From NCBI GenBank assembly GCA_023473255.1, contig JAMCYW010000015.1, positions 932 through 64,931 on the forward strand: a stretch of 64,000 bases of DNA. The letters are read 5' to 3'. Source of the stretch: Candidatus Marsarchaeota archaeon. Its GTDB lineage: Archaea > Micrarchaeota > Micrarchaeia > Micrarchaeales > Micrarchaeaceae. A program made the translations under genes and the position numbers. The notes under the pieces were generated by a model that saw only the letters and a program-made list of their open reading frames with translations, made no database searches and was not told where the DNA came from. Positions 53,857 through 63,594 of the stretch are shown one piece after another (positions within the stretch are counted from its first letter, which is position 1; each line of letters starts with the position of its first letter).

Positions 53857-54891
53857 TCAATTCAATATTGATATGTTTGATACTACGCCATAGCTCTGTA
53901 ATGGCTGACCTGAGAGCCTGAAATCGCCTACTGCTACAAATTCGCCGCTAGTAGAAGTGTCTGCCACCACGCGCAACGTTAAGTTTTTGCCAATCAAAGT
54001 TCCTATTGGTATAGTCACATTTCTGAATGTATATGATCCAGAGGCGCCAAACGCACTTTCGTTGAACGTATTGTAATGCGCGATTATCTTTGGTATTCCA
54101 TTCTCAAGAATCTCAACGTAAATCAAATTGTTTTCAGGGCTTATGGTCTGGAAATCAATGAAATGTTCTGATGCATAGAACAGGCTTGAAGTCAGATTTC
54201 CTGCAGCATTGGATGACCCGCAGTTGTATGTAGAAGCGAAATACGTGCCGTTATATCCTGTCCACGGCCCTCCTGCAGTGCAGTTGTGCGTATCTGCATA
54301 GCTGGCATTTATGGGTTTGCTGCCGAATCCTTTGCCAGTAAGGTTCCAGCCAATATAAGTACCGCTTGCGAATTTGCCATTGTATATATTTTTGTATATG
54401 GCATTCTTCGGAGGCACAAGCGTAGTATTCAGGTTTATTATCGAATATTTATTGTTGCAGAGTCCTCCTGCAAAACCTCTATGCATTGTTATCCTATAAG
54501 CTTGTGCAGGCATTGAAAAGTTGCTGAATAATGCTATGCATCCATAGTTTATGCTCTGATTAAGGTATGTGACGTTATTTGCTCCTATGATTGTGAAATT
54601 TGTATAACTGCTGTTGCCGTTTGCAAGCCATATGCCTAATGCTCCTCCTCCCCACATGCATGTTCCTGTATATGTTTTGTTGAATAGGGCAGATAATATG
54701 GCAAAATTATCGCAGCTCGCAGAATATATTACCGTAGTAGTGGGTGCAGTCGTAGTTGCAGTAGTGGCAATAGGAGATATTGTCGTAGAAGCAGGCAGTT
54801 GGTGTAATACAAAATTATATCCGGTAATCAGATATCCCAGTATCGCTATCACTATAATCATTATTGCCCATACTAAAAATCCTTTGTGCAT
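53857..54891 (-). CDS. N-terminally anchored extracytoplasmic protein, sequon-rich (344 aa)
   Basis: TM helix FLVWAIMIIVIAILGYLITGY, Thr-rich linker ATTATTTAPTTT, many N-x-S/T. Confidence 0.65.
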   Translation of the reverse strand: MHKGFLVWAIMIIVIAILGYLITGYNFVLHQLPASTTISPIATTATTTAPTTTVIYSASCDNFAILSALFNKTYTGTCMWGGGALGIWLANGNSSYTNFTIIGANNVTYLNQSINYGCIALFSNFSMPAQAYRITMHRGFAGGLCNNKYSIINLNTTLVPPKNAIYKNIYNGKFASGTYIGWNLTGKGFGSKPINASYADTHNCTAGGPWTGYNGTYFASTYNCGSSNAAGNLTSSLFYASEHFIDFQTISPENNLIYVEILENGIPKIIAHYNTFNESAFGASGSYTFRNVTIPIGTLIGKNLTLRVVADTSTSGEFVAVGDFRLSGQPLQSYGVVSNISILN

Positions 54892-54985
54892 AATACACCA
54901 CTTTATGTATAGGTATTTATTTATATAGTATAAATATTTTCTTATTCAGATACTAGAGCTTATAATGCTTGATTAAGGTGTAATT

Positions 54986-55099
54986 TTGGGAAGCATACCT
55001 AGAAAGTGGAAGAAAAAAGGAAGAATGCGCTGGAAATGGCTCAAGAAGAGGCGAAAGCGCCTTAAGAGAGCGCAGAAGAGGAGAGTAGGAGAGCTGTAG
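54986..55099 (+). CDS. rpl41e: Ribosomal protein L41e (37 aa with TTG start; ATG at 55025 gives 24 aa)
   Basis: Hand translation (M)[36 protein letters not shown]. The [21 protein letters not shown] pattern matches archaeal L41e as I remember it. Not in the ORF track. Confidence 0.65.
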   Translation: MGSIPRKWKKKGRMRWKWLKKRRKRLKRAQKRRVGEL

Positions 55100-55411
55100 C
55101 CTCTTCCTGCTATCTGCATCTTTTTTGCAGTTGTTTATTGCAAAGGCCTAGCTTTGCCTAGGTTCTGCTGCAGCAGGCATTAATATTTTCCCTTGCTGGC
55201 GTGCCATATTGCATTAAATATGATATAATTGGGCAGCATATGCATTAACGCAATTGCAGTCAAACTAACAATGTCTTAATGAACCTGAAAGCCATTATGT
55301 TATTGCGTCATCCCAAATCTATCGATAAGCCAGCGGCGTAGTCAGTCAGGGCGTTATCCACATGAGAAAGTTTTTAGTTATGCCTGCTCATTTATCTTAG
55401 CTAGTGTTCAC

Positions 55412-56584
55412 ATGTCAAGCTTGAGATCTGATTTGGAAAAAGAAGGTTTTTCACTTCCTGAAGTGTCAAGGAGCAATCTTGAAGTTGCAAAGGAAATCGC
55501 AGAAGGCGGAGGAAGCCTTATAGGCAAACACAAAACGAAGCGTTTCTTCCTTGTCATAGATGGTTTAGGGTACGACCTTCTTAATATGGTCATGAATAAA
55601 AGCCCAGCGTTATCAAAGGCTTTTTCCGATGCAAAAATAGAAAAAATAAAGACGATGTTTCCTTCGTTTACGCCATCGGTAATGACAAGCATAGACAGCG
55701 GGTTGACAATAGCCGAGCATGGCATTGTAGGAAGCCCAATACCTATGAAGGAATATGGAAATATGCTGGATGTATTTAATATACCCTGGGGCCCGAGCTT
55801 AGACGAAGCTTTGGGGAAAACAGACAAATATCCAATATTTCCTGAGATGCAGACATTAATAAAAATGTCCAGGCGCAAAGGATTTCTTTACCTGCAACAT
55901 GAAAACATATTGAACAAGGGAAGGAATCTGAATGCATTGAATAAAATCAACTACAGCAAATATATATCGATGGATGACATGATAATACAGGTATTGAAAG
56001 CGATAAAGTCGAATTCTAAAGAAACTGTATATGTATACATTGATTACGTGGATCATGCACAGCACGTATATTCGAAAAGCACATATGATGGTTTGGAGAT
56101 TACTAGATATGCCCTTGAGCGCTTGGCAGAAAAACTGATTCCTGCGCTTAAGCAAAGCGGGTGGGAGACTGTAATCACATCAGATCATGGCCAAGGGTCA
56201 TTCAACGAAAAAGATTTAAGAAAGATATCGCCGCAGAGCAAAGTAATGGAAAACCTCACCACATACCCGTGGGGAACCCACAGATCAATGTTCTTTAACG
56301 CGGTTGACGGTAAAGGCAAGCTCTTTGAAGACGAATTCCAAAGGAGCTATGGGAAGAGCGCATATCTTGCTGATTCAGACGAAGCAATAAAGTCAGGGTT
56401 GTTTGGAAAATCAAAAGTCAGCAATTGGTTGCGATACCGATTTGGGACGCATATAGCCATAGCTAAGGGCAGCAGCTTCCTTTACTACAAATATCCGGAC
56501 AAGAAGGACTACGAGAAAAAGATATTCGGCCATCATGGCGGAATGTCCAAAGATGAAATGGAGATACCTCTTGTGATCGTATAA
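55412..56584 (+). CDS. Alkaline-phosphatase-superfamily protein (nucleotide pyrophosphatase/phosphodiesterase-like)
   Basis: FLVIDGLGYDLL, MFPSFTPSVMTSIDSGLTIAEHGIVG, ITSDHGQ and FGHHGG are the metal-ligand motifs of the type I phosphodiesterase/NPP family. Confidence 0.75.
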   Translation: MSSLRSDLEKEGFSLPEVSRSNLEVAKEIAEGGGSLIGKHKTKRFFLVIDGLGYDLLNMVMNKSPALSKAFSDAKIEKIKTMFPSFTPSVMTSIDSGLTIAEHGIVGSPIPMKEYGNMLDVFNIPWGPSLDEALGKTDKYPIFPEMQTLIKMSRRKGFLYLQHENILNKGRNLNALNKINYSKYISMDDMIIQVLKAIKSNSKETVYVYIDYVDHAQHVYSKSTYDGLEITRYALERLAEKLIPALKQSGWETVITSDHGQGSFNEKDLRKISPQSKVMENLTTYPWGTHRSMFFNAVDGKGKLFEDEFQRSYGKSAYLADSDEAIKSGLFGKSKVSNWLRYRFGTHIAIAKGSSFLYYKYPDKKDYEKKIFGHHGGMSKDEMEIPLVIV

Positions 56585-56593
56585 GCTAAAGGG

Positions 56594-57352
56594 TTATGGC
56601 TTTAAAATCAGATTTATGGGCGCATGGTCGGATCCCTCTACGCTATTCATTATATCAGAGTCCGAAATTCTACTTATAATATCGTTCGTAACTAAGAAAT
56701 AATCTATCCGCCACCCTATATTTTTCTTCCTTGCGCTGAATCTATACGACCACCAGGAATATTTTACATCATCTTTGTGAAAATATCTATAGGCGTCTAT
56801 GAATCCATGAGACAAGAATAAAGTCATCCAGTCTCTTTCTGCCTCTGTAAATCCTGCGTTATTCGAATTCTCTTTGGGCCTTGCTATATCTATATCCGCG
56901 TGTGCTACATTCATGTCGCCGCATATGACAAGAGGTTTTTGCTTCTTCAACTTATCTGCATAGCTCATGAATGCAGCGTCAAAACCAAGTTTATAATCAA
57001 GTCTTTTCAAGTCCCTCTGCGAATTCGGGAAATAGGTGTTTATAAAATAGAAACTCTTAAACTCAAGAGTCTGAACCCTGCCCTCATGGTCGAATCCATT
57101 TATGCCTATGCCGTTTAATACCGACAGAGGTTTTTCCTTTGCCAAAACCATGGTGCCGCTATACCCTTTCTTCACTGCAGGGTTTATGTATTGCGTGTAT
57201 CCGAGCTTTTGGAGTTCAATGTGCTGTATGCTTTCAGATGACTTGATTTCTTGCAGAGCAAGTAAATCTGGGGATTCTTTCTCGATGAATCCAACAAGCC
57301 CTTTCTTCACAGCCGCTCTTACGCCGTTTACATTCCACGATATTATCTTCAT
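56594..57352 (-). CDS. xth: Exodeoxyribonuclease III (AP endonuclease)
   Basis: MKIISWNVNGVRA, LQEIK, VICGDMNVAH, WSYR and GSDHAPI motifs of the ExoIII/APE1 family. Confidence 0.9.
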   Translation of the reverse strand: MKIISWNVNGVRAAVKKGLVGFIEKESPDLLALQEIKSSESIQHIELQKLGYTQYINPAVKKGYSGTMVLAKEKPLSVLNGIGINGFDHEGRVQTLEFKSFYFINTYFPNSQRDLKRLDYKLGFDAAFMSYADKLKKQKPLVICGDMNVAHADIDIARPKENSNNAGFTEAERDWMTLFLSHGFIDAYRYFHKDDVKYSWWSYRFSARKKNIGWRIDYFLVTNDIISRISDSDIMNSVEGSDHAPINLILKP

Positions 57353-57393
57353 TGATTATATTTAGTTGCAAACACTTATATCACTTGATAAAA

Positions 57394-58104
57394 TCAGCTG
57401 AATATCGCAGCTTTGCATTTTACTTTTGGTGCAGTAAAGCTCACGTTAAAGAAGTCAAGCGCCTTCTTATCGTAACAGTACCCGCTGTTCATGCCTGCCT
57501 CCAAGCTGTCTATCTGTTTGCCCGATATGCGGTATATTAAATTCATTGACGGCACATACAATGTTCCGTTATGTGCAGTATAACTTAAGCCTCCCATGTT
57601 TGCAGTGAATTTGGACCCATTGGCAGCAATGTAAGTCGTATAACAGGGGTCGCCATTTGCTATTCCTTCAATTATGTTATAAACATCTGTGTTGTTCGGA
57701 TTCCTAAATATTAAGAGGACGGGACATGAGAACACATCAGTGCCTGTATTATATCCAGATATTGTAGTAGTTTGATTTATTGGCACAGCCCTAAAGCTAA
57801 AGTACACTATAACAAAAAGCATTATACTAATGATTGTTATTGCAGAGATTCCTATTGCATATCCGTTTGTCTTGCCATCTTTTTTATCGCCATCTGCGCG
57901 CCTTTCTGCGGCTTTGTAATATTTTATCCTTTTGAAATGGCCATTATACTCCAGTTCTACCATGCCCATGTCAATCAGCTCCGATATATGCTGACTTACC
58001 GTCGACTTTGCAAGTCCCAATGCTTCGCTTATCTCTGTAACTGTCATCTTTTTTTCTTTAAGCAGTTTTAATATCCTATTTTTAGTTTCAAGGGTTTTAC
58101 CCAT
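57394..58104 (-). CDS. ArsR-type wHTH protein fused to a TM helix and an extracytoplasmic domain
   Basis: NRILKLLKEKKMTVTEISEALGLAKSTVSQHISELIDMGMVE (ArsR-like HTH), then TM GISAITIISIMLFVIVYFSF, then a 120-aa sequon-containing domain. ATG 58104 preferred. Confidence 0.65.
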   Translation of the reverse strand: MGKTLETKNRILKLLKEKKMTVTEISEALGLAKSTVSQHISELIDMGMVELEYNGHFKRIKYYKAAERRADGDKKDGKTNGYAIGISAITIISIMLFVIVYFSFRAVPINQTTTISGYNTGTDVFSCPVLLIFRNPNNTDVYNIIEGIANGDPCYTTYIAANGSKFTANMGGLSYTAHNGTLYVPSMNLIYRISGKQIDSLEAGMNSGYCYDKKALDFFNVSFTAPKVKCKAAIFS

Positions 58105-58302
58105 GGCTACACCTAACAATATATTCTAGTTTAAGGTTTATTAAAGATCCTTGACCGTTAGGTTTTTGTTCGGTTTTTAAGTGAAGAAGAATTGAAAATC
58201 CTGATTTATCCATAAATCCATTTCAATATATCCAAAATCTAGGGGCTAAGTACGCAAAACAGAATTAATAAATATCTCCCGCATGATAAGAATTTGATTT
58301 TT

Positions 58303-58980
58303 ATGGAGAAGCAATTTGAAAATAAAGAAACACCATATTCTGCAAAGGCATTCGCAAATTCATATACGCGTGTCAAATATGTTTTCGGAAATCCAATAAT
58401 GCTCTCGTATGCAGATGCAGCAAGCAGCTTCTGCTGCAATCCTGAAGTGAAAACAGACACATTGTACTGCATGATACCCAACAGCAAGATGATAGAGGTA
58501 GACACCCAAAGGGCCAATCTGATGGGCTTTTATGTAGAAGACGTAAGAAGCAGGTTCATAGAGTTTTACGACACTATAAACGCCATAACCATCAAAATAG
58601 GTCTAAAGCACGAAAAGTATAGCATAGTAAACGAATCGCTTAAGGAAATAATTGGCGAAAATGAAATAATTAACAATCATTCATTTCTAGGCGTGAGTAC
58701 TGACGAGCTTTTGTTCTATTCAAAGCTGATAACCGTAGACCATTCTAAAGTGCTTGTGCCTTCATACATCCATCAACTTGCAATGCTTTATTCATTATGG
58801 CTCTCTGAAACCGATGACGAGCACACAAACAAGTATACCAACATAATAAAGCCAATCCTGTTGCACCATTTTCGCAATCCTGAAAAGTTATGGCACCTTT
58901 CGCATGATGCCATGTCTACCGAAAGCCCCAGGTATGTAAATTCAATGTGCGTTGATTTAGAAAGGATGCTAAGGAAATAA
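58303..58980 (+). CDS. Hypothetical protein (225 aa)
   Basis: ORF-track ORF with ATG at Met4; no motif recognised. Confidence 0.45.
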   Translation: MEKQFENKETPYSAKAFANSYTRVKYVFGNPIMLSYADAASSFCCNPEVKTDTLYCMIPNSKMIEVDTQRANLMGFYVEDVRSRFIEFYDTINAITIKIGLKHEKYSIVNESLKEIIGENEIINNHSFLGVSTDELLFYSKLITVDHSKVLVPSYIHQLAMLYSLWLSETDDEHTNKYTNIIKPILLHHFRNPEKLWHLSHDAMSTESPRYVNSMCVDLERMLRK

Positions 58981-59158
58981 TGCCAAATCGGGAATAAACC
59001 AAGCCCAGATTGCCTAAAGAATTTAGTATTGCAGACTATATTGCGCCATGCTTGCCTATATTCAAAATCCATACATTGAATATGCAAGAAGCGGCTTTTA
59101 TTCTAGCCATTATACAAATAAAATTTAATGTTTTACCTCCAATAATATGTGTGGTAAT

Positions 59159-59779
59159 ATGAAAATAGCAATAATAGGGACTGGGAATGTGGGCAGGAGC
59201 TTGGGCGAGGCCTTATCCAAGAATAATGAAGTGGTATATGGATCAAGGAAACCTGAAGAAGCCAAAGCGAAACTTAATGGCGCAAATGTTGCAACTATAG
59301 AAGAGGCATCGAAGGGCGCAGAACTGATAATACTCGCAGTTCCGTATCATTCAGCAAAAGAAGCCATACATGAGATGAAGAACAATGAGAAGGACAAGAT
59401 ACTAATAGACGTATCGAATCCCATGGATGAGCATATGAGATGGGCAAAGGGTTTCAACGAATCCGCTGCGGAAGAGATATCAAAGCACGCAAAAGGCGCA
59501 AAGGTTGTCAAGGCCTTCAATACCATATTTGCCGAAAATATGAAGACTGGCCAGTTGGGCTCCGAGAAGCTTACAACATTTATTGCCGGTGACGATGAAG
59601 GGTCGAAGGCGAAGGTCATGGAGCTTGCAAAAAGCATAGGCATGGAGCCCGTAGACGTAGGCATGCTTGAAAAAGCCAGATATATCGAGCCAGCTGGAAT
59701 GCTTATGATAGAATTAGGGTATGGGAAGAAAATGGGCACCGGCATAGGCATAAAACTTGTCGGCGCAAATCAAGCGTAA
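59159..59779 (+). CDS. NADP oxidoreductase, F420-dependent-type (NpdG/Fno-like Rossmann protein)
   Basis: MKIAIIGTGNVGRSLGEAL dinucleotide-binding start; size and overall pattern match the F420_oxidored family. ATG at Met5. Confidence 0.7.
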   Translation: MKIAIIGTGNVGRSLGEALSKNNEVVYGSRKPEEAKAKLNGANVATIEEASKGAELIILAVPYHSAKEAIHEMKNNEKDKILIDVSNPMDEHMRWAKGFNESAAEEISKHAKGAKVVKAFNTIFAENMKTGQLGSEKLTTFIAGDDEGSKAKVMELAKSIGMEPVDVGMLEKARYIEPAGMLMIELGYGKKMGTGIGIKLVGANQA

Positions 59780-59791
59780 TAAGGCAGTTAA

Positions 59792-59815
59792 GTGCAGGTG
59801 CATGTGCGCCTGCAC
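59792..59815. terminator. Hairpin between convergent genes (GTGCAGG-N10-CCTGCAC)
   Basis: Perfect 7-bp inverted repeat between stop 59779 (+) and stop 59824 (-), followed by TCTGTTTCTATTGTTT. Confidence 0.3.
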
Positions 59816-59823
59816 ATCTGTTT

Positions 59824-61062
59824 CTATTGTTTATCAACTGCACTTGCGTTAAGCTTCGAGCTTGCGCCCTCGAAAATGAAAGCACTTGCCACCAACAGCA
59901 ATCCAGCAACTACAAAGCTGGCGGAATATCCCAAGTAATAAGATATGTATCCTGCCAGCAATGCGCCTACTAAGAAAGATACGCTAATCAAAGAGGTATA
60001 TATCCCGAGCTTGCTGGCTCTGTGTTCCGTCCCTATGGCTTCGAAAACCAGTGTATTGGATGCAGTATAATACAGCGAGTATGCAAGCCCTGCTCCTATC
60101 GCATACAGCACGATGTTCAGTATTATAAATCCTGGAAATTTTGTAAATGTGAGGAATATGAATGCGATGGCAATGTACGACCCTCCGCGCAGGAGTATGG
60201 CATTGGGTAGCATGCGTGTTTTTATTCTTTTTGCAACGTAGTTGCCAAAGTAGGCGAACGTGAAAACCTGTATGAATATGCCTATCGTTATTATCAGGAA
60301 TATCGTGAACTCCGTAAGCCCTATATCCTTCAGGCCTACTGGATAAGCAGTATTAAAGAGGCCGCTGCTGATGAAGAAGGCAAATATCGCCAGATAAAGG
60401 GCCCCTAGGTAGGATTTCGGCCTGTGCATCTTGTTGCCTATATTAAATATTATCTTGAAAACAGATAGCTTAGGCGTAGAAATAAGGAGCACAGGCTGCA
60501 TCATTACCCGTGTGATGAATGAGTGTATATTGGAAAGCATCAACTTTCTTGGCAGCATGCGCGCCGGTTCGTATATCAAAATCATGCTCATTACTATTGA
60601 AGGTATCGCAACAAGCCCAAACATTAATGGCAGGAATCTTATCGAGACAAATCCCAATAAAGCTGTTGAAAGGGCGAATCCCATTCCTCCCCCAAGGCTT
60701 ACTATAAACTGAAACTTGGAGAAGACTGCAGGCCACTGATCCTTTGGAGAATTCTCCATGACCAGCATGTTGAGTGGAGTTGCATTTGCACCTATAACAA
60801 ACGACAATGCACCATAGAGCAGTATGACAAACAGTATGTTCTCCGTAAAAAACATCATTACAAGGAAGAACGCAAGTCCCGCATAAGAGAATATTATCAT
60901 GCTTTTCTTGTTGTTAAACCTATCAACTACTCGCCCCCAGAAGTATGCTGCAGGTATCGCAAGCGCACTTCCGAACGTTATTGCGAATGATGCATCTATT
61001 ACGTTGCCGCCTATGCTGAGTATGTACAAGATGACAATTGTGGATACTGGGCCGTATGCCAT
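59824..61062 (-). CDS. Major facilitator superfamily transporter
   Basis: 12 predicted TM helices; WGRVVDRFNNKKSM resembles the MFS loop 2-3 motif. Confidence 0.8.
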   Translation of the reverse strand: MAYGPVSTIVILYILSIGGNVIDASFAITFGSALAIPAAYFWGRVVDRFNNKKSMIIFSYAGLAFFLVMMFFTENILFVILLYGALSFVIGANATPLNMLVMENSPKDQWPAVFSKFQFIVSLGGGMGFALSTALLGFVSIRFLPLMFGLVAIPSIVMSMILIYEPARMLPRKLMLSNIHSFITRVMMQPVLLISTPKLSVFKIIFNIGNKMHRPKSYLGALYLAIFAFFISSGLFNTAYPVGLKDIGLTEFTIFLIITIGIFIQVFTFAYFGNYVAKRIKTRMLPNAILLRGGSYIAIAFIFLTFTKFPGFIILNIVLYAIGAGLAYSLYYTASNTLVFEAIGTEHRASKLGIYTSLISVSFLVGALLAGYISYYLGYSASFVVAGLLLVASAFIFEGASSKLNASAVDKQ

Positions 61063-61208
61063 GCTTCCTGGGAATGTGGCGTATATCCATTTCTGGCCGT
61101 TTTGTGAACCTTGCGTTATAATTCCACCATATTATTTTGCTTTTTAAGTTGTCAATAAAAATAGTGCGTACAATATTTAAGCATAAACACTCAATCACTT
61201 TTGATAAA

Positions 61209-61514
61209 ATGTCGAACAAGAATCATGACATTCAAGTACTATATATACTGGCATACCTTCTAGAATGGTTTTCAGGTATAATAATATTCTTCGCATTCGG
61301 AAAAAACAACAAGAATCTAAGAAGGCATTCACTTCAAGCAATACTCCTTGGTGTCATATCAATAATAGTTGTGCCTTTCTTTTCAATCATAGCAATTCCA
61401 GTATTGGGAAGAGCGATAGTGCTGCTAATATGGTTATATGGCATGTATATAGGCTTTGAAGCGTATATGGGCAGAGAGATAAGCATACCTCTGATATCAG
61501 AATACGTCAAGTGA
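61209..61514 (+). CDS. Small membrane protein (3 TM)
   Basis: Start moved to MSNKNHD (ATG, Met25); hydrophobic, no firm family call. Confidence 0.5.
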   Translation: MSNKNHDIQVLYILAYLLEWFSGIIIFFAFGKNNKNLRRHSLQAILLGVISIIVVPFFSIIAIPVLGRAIVLLIWLYGMYIGFEAYMGREISIPLISEYVK

Positions 61515-61529
61515 TTCCGTCCTTCAAAA

Positions 61530-62501
61530 TTGCCACCCGGACTGCAAACTTATAAATATTTCTACGTGTGCAATGCAGAACCGGTAGATATATTGGAAAA
61601 GACACTTGGGCAAAAATCGGCACCCGCCAAAGCAATCCCTGCAATTACGTGCAGTTACATAAATTTTGAGCCTGATTCAGTATGCCAGAATATTGCGTGG
61701 GATGAATCTAACGAGCGCTATAGCGCGAGTGCCATATCTATGCTGCGCAATATAGACGGCATAGATGCATATATCGGAGTATGTGGCGGTTTCACGCAAA
61801 ACATGCTGATCATCGGCGCCCTACAGGAAAAAAATATGCTGCGTACGATCGACATATTCGATATAGATAAGAACCAACTCACCAATGCTTCAAAACTTGC
61901 AAGGCAGGCTGCCATGCCAAGTTATCTTGCTGCTGAAATGGAAAGATTCAATATAATCCCATTTGCAATGAAAGTAAAACTTGAAATACGGCCTCTTGCC
62001 GAAAAGATAGATGCTATAAGCGAATATGGAAAATATTTTATATATCTTTCGAATGTGGTAGCAGTCCCTTTCAAAGGAATCGGTTCAGATAAGAAATATG
62101 GGTTGAGCTACGTGGGAGGGTATACTGGAAGCGGCATCGTGAAAGGCAACGAAACGCTCAAGCAGATAGCTAGCAATGAATTCATACTGGACGGCAGTTA
62201 TGTGATGGCATCATCTCCTTCATGGGCAGTGCTTCTAAACGACAAAAGCATGAATATATACAGCGACGTAATGATTATAAAGAAGGAACGCCAGTGCGGA
62301 AAAAGTTTGATGACATATCATTTTTCATATATACATAATTATGGACATGTGGATAAAGCTTGGGAAAATCGCTATCTAAAATCGCTGTCAAATAAAAATG
62401 CATTTATGGGGCTGATGCGCCAGTTCTACAGCAACTACAGGAAACTCATGAACCTGTCAGATATAGACTGGTATGAAAAAGAAGTTCTTTGGAGAGATTG
62501 A
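61530..62501 (+). CDS. Hypothetical protein (323 aa); possible Rossmann-like region
   Basis: ORF-track ORF with a TTG start. DAYIGVCGGFTQNMLIIGAL...RTIDIFDID loosely resembles methyltransferase motifs I/II; unverified. Confidence 0.4.
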   Translation: MPPGLQTYKYFYVCNAEPVDILEKTLGQKSAPAKAIPAITCSYINFEPDSVCQNIAWDESNERYSASAISMLRNIDGIDAYIGVCGGFTQNMLIIGALQEKNMLRTIDIFDIDKNQLTNASKLARQAAMPSYLAAEMERFNIIPFAMKVKLEIRPLAEKIDAISEYGKYFIYLSNVVAVPFKGIGSDKKYGLSYVGGYTGSGIVKGNETLKQIASNEFILDGSYVMASSPSWAVLLNDKSMNIYSDVMIIKKERQCGKSLMTYHFSYIHNYGHVDKAWENRYLKSLSNKNAFMGLMRQFYSNYRKLMNLSDIDWYEKEVLWRD

Positions 62502-62548
62502 TAAGGGCATGGCATTAAGCACTAATTTAATTAGGATTAATATTATTG

Positions 62549-63580
62549 CTAGTTTGTGTTGTTCGTCGAATTAGTTAGGTTACGATAATTTATCTCAAGA
62601 AAACCGATGCTTTGCAATATGCTCCCAGTTCTTTTTATTACCATTATGGCATTTGGTGCAGGCACTGCCTTGCAAGTTTTGAAGCATTGTTGCTGGATGA
62701 AGCTTGCCTTTACGTGGAATTTAGTGCTGACTGTGTAATTAGAAAGCAGCACTATGTACCCACAGCCATTAGCCATATGGCCTACGATGCTCCCAGACGC
62801 CGATCCGACAACCTTGCCATTATTGTGATTGGAAAAGGCATCTAAATACCCATGAAATGGCATATTCACCGAAGTCGAATTCTCAACTTCTGATAAGAAA
62901 GTTTCGTTGCTGAAAAAGAATACATTAGATGCAGCAGATGATGTAAATGATATGCCCAATGTGACATTAGACCCTGAGATGCATATGGGGTCCGACACAT
63001 AGTAGGGTGTTGGCGACATAGCAACCGAATAATTGGAATAGCTTTGGGCGCTAACATTGTAATAGTATGGCACAGATACGTTAATATACTGGCTAAGCGG
63101 CACTGCAGTGCTTTGCGGCCAAAATGGGCCCAAAAGCAATACCAACGCTGCGATTATGCCAATATAAGAAATATTTATTTTATGTTTTTTAATAAAACCG
63201 ATAAAACTTTTTTCTACCTTTGACCCATTTCCGTTTCCAATCATTACAGAAATGAATATGCCGATTACTGCGCTTATAAGCAGGTAATAGCCTACTATTG
63301 CAACATTAATCCCTATGGTTGAAAATTTTGCCTGAATAAAATAAAAGGCTGATCCTATGATTATAAAAACCAACGCCGCAATTATCAAATCCTTTGAAAT
63401 GTTTTCATAAAACCCTGATATAACCCCTATTGCTATGAAAATCAGAAAAGAATAAAGTATCATCTGGCTGTTGTTAAGAATAACGAATTCAAGCACGAAG
63501 CAGAGTGCCAATATTGCGTATAATATGATAAGCGAGTACCGTACCAATCGGTTTTCGGTTTTTGTACTCACGTGCATCAT
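62549..63580 (-). CDS. Polytopic membrane protein with C-terminal sequon-rich extracytoplasmic domain
   Basis: Five N-terminal TM helices followed by a 190-aa domain with many N-x-S/T; AAGGTTG lies 1 nt upstream of the ATG. Confidence 0.65.
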   Translation of the reverse strand: MMHVSTKTENRLVRYSLIILYAILALCFVLEFVILNNSQMILYSFLIFIAIGVISGFYENISKDLIIAALVFIIIGSAFYFIQAKFSTIGINVAIVGYYLLISAVIGIFISVMIGNGNGSKVEKSFIGFIKKHKINISYIGIIAALVLLLGPFWPQSTAVPLSQYINVSVPYYYNVSAQSYSNYSVAMSPTPYYVSDPICISGSNVTLGISFTSSAASNVFFFSNETFLSEVENSTSVNMPFHGYLDAFSNHNNGKVVGSASGSIVGHMANGCGYIVLLSNYTVSTKFHVKASFIQQQCFKTCKAVPAPNAIMVIKRTGSILQSIGFLEINYRNLTNSTNNTN

Positions 63581-63594
63581 ACAACCTTAACGTA

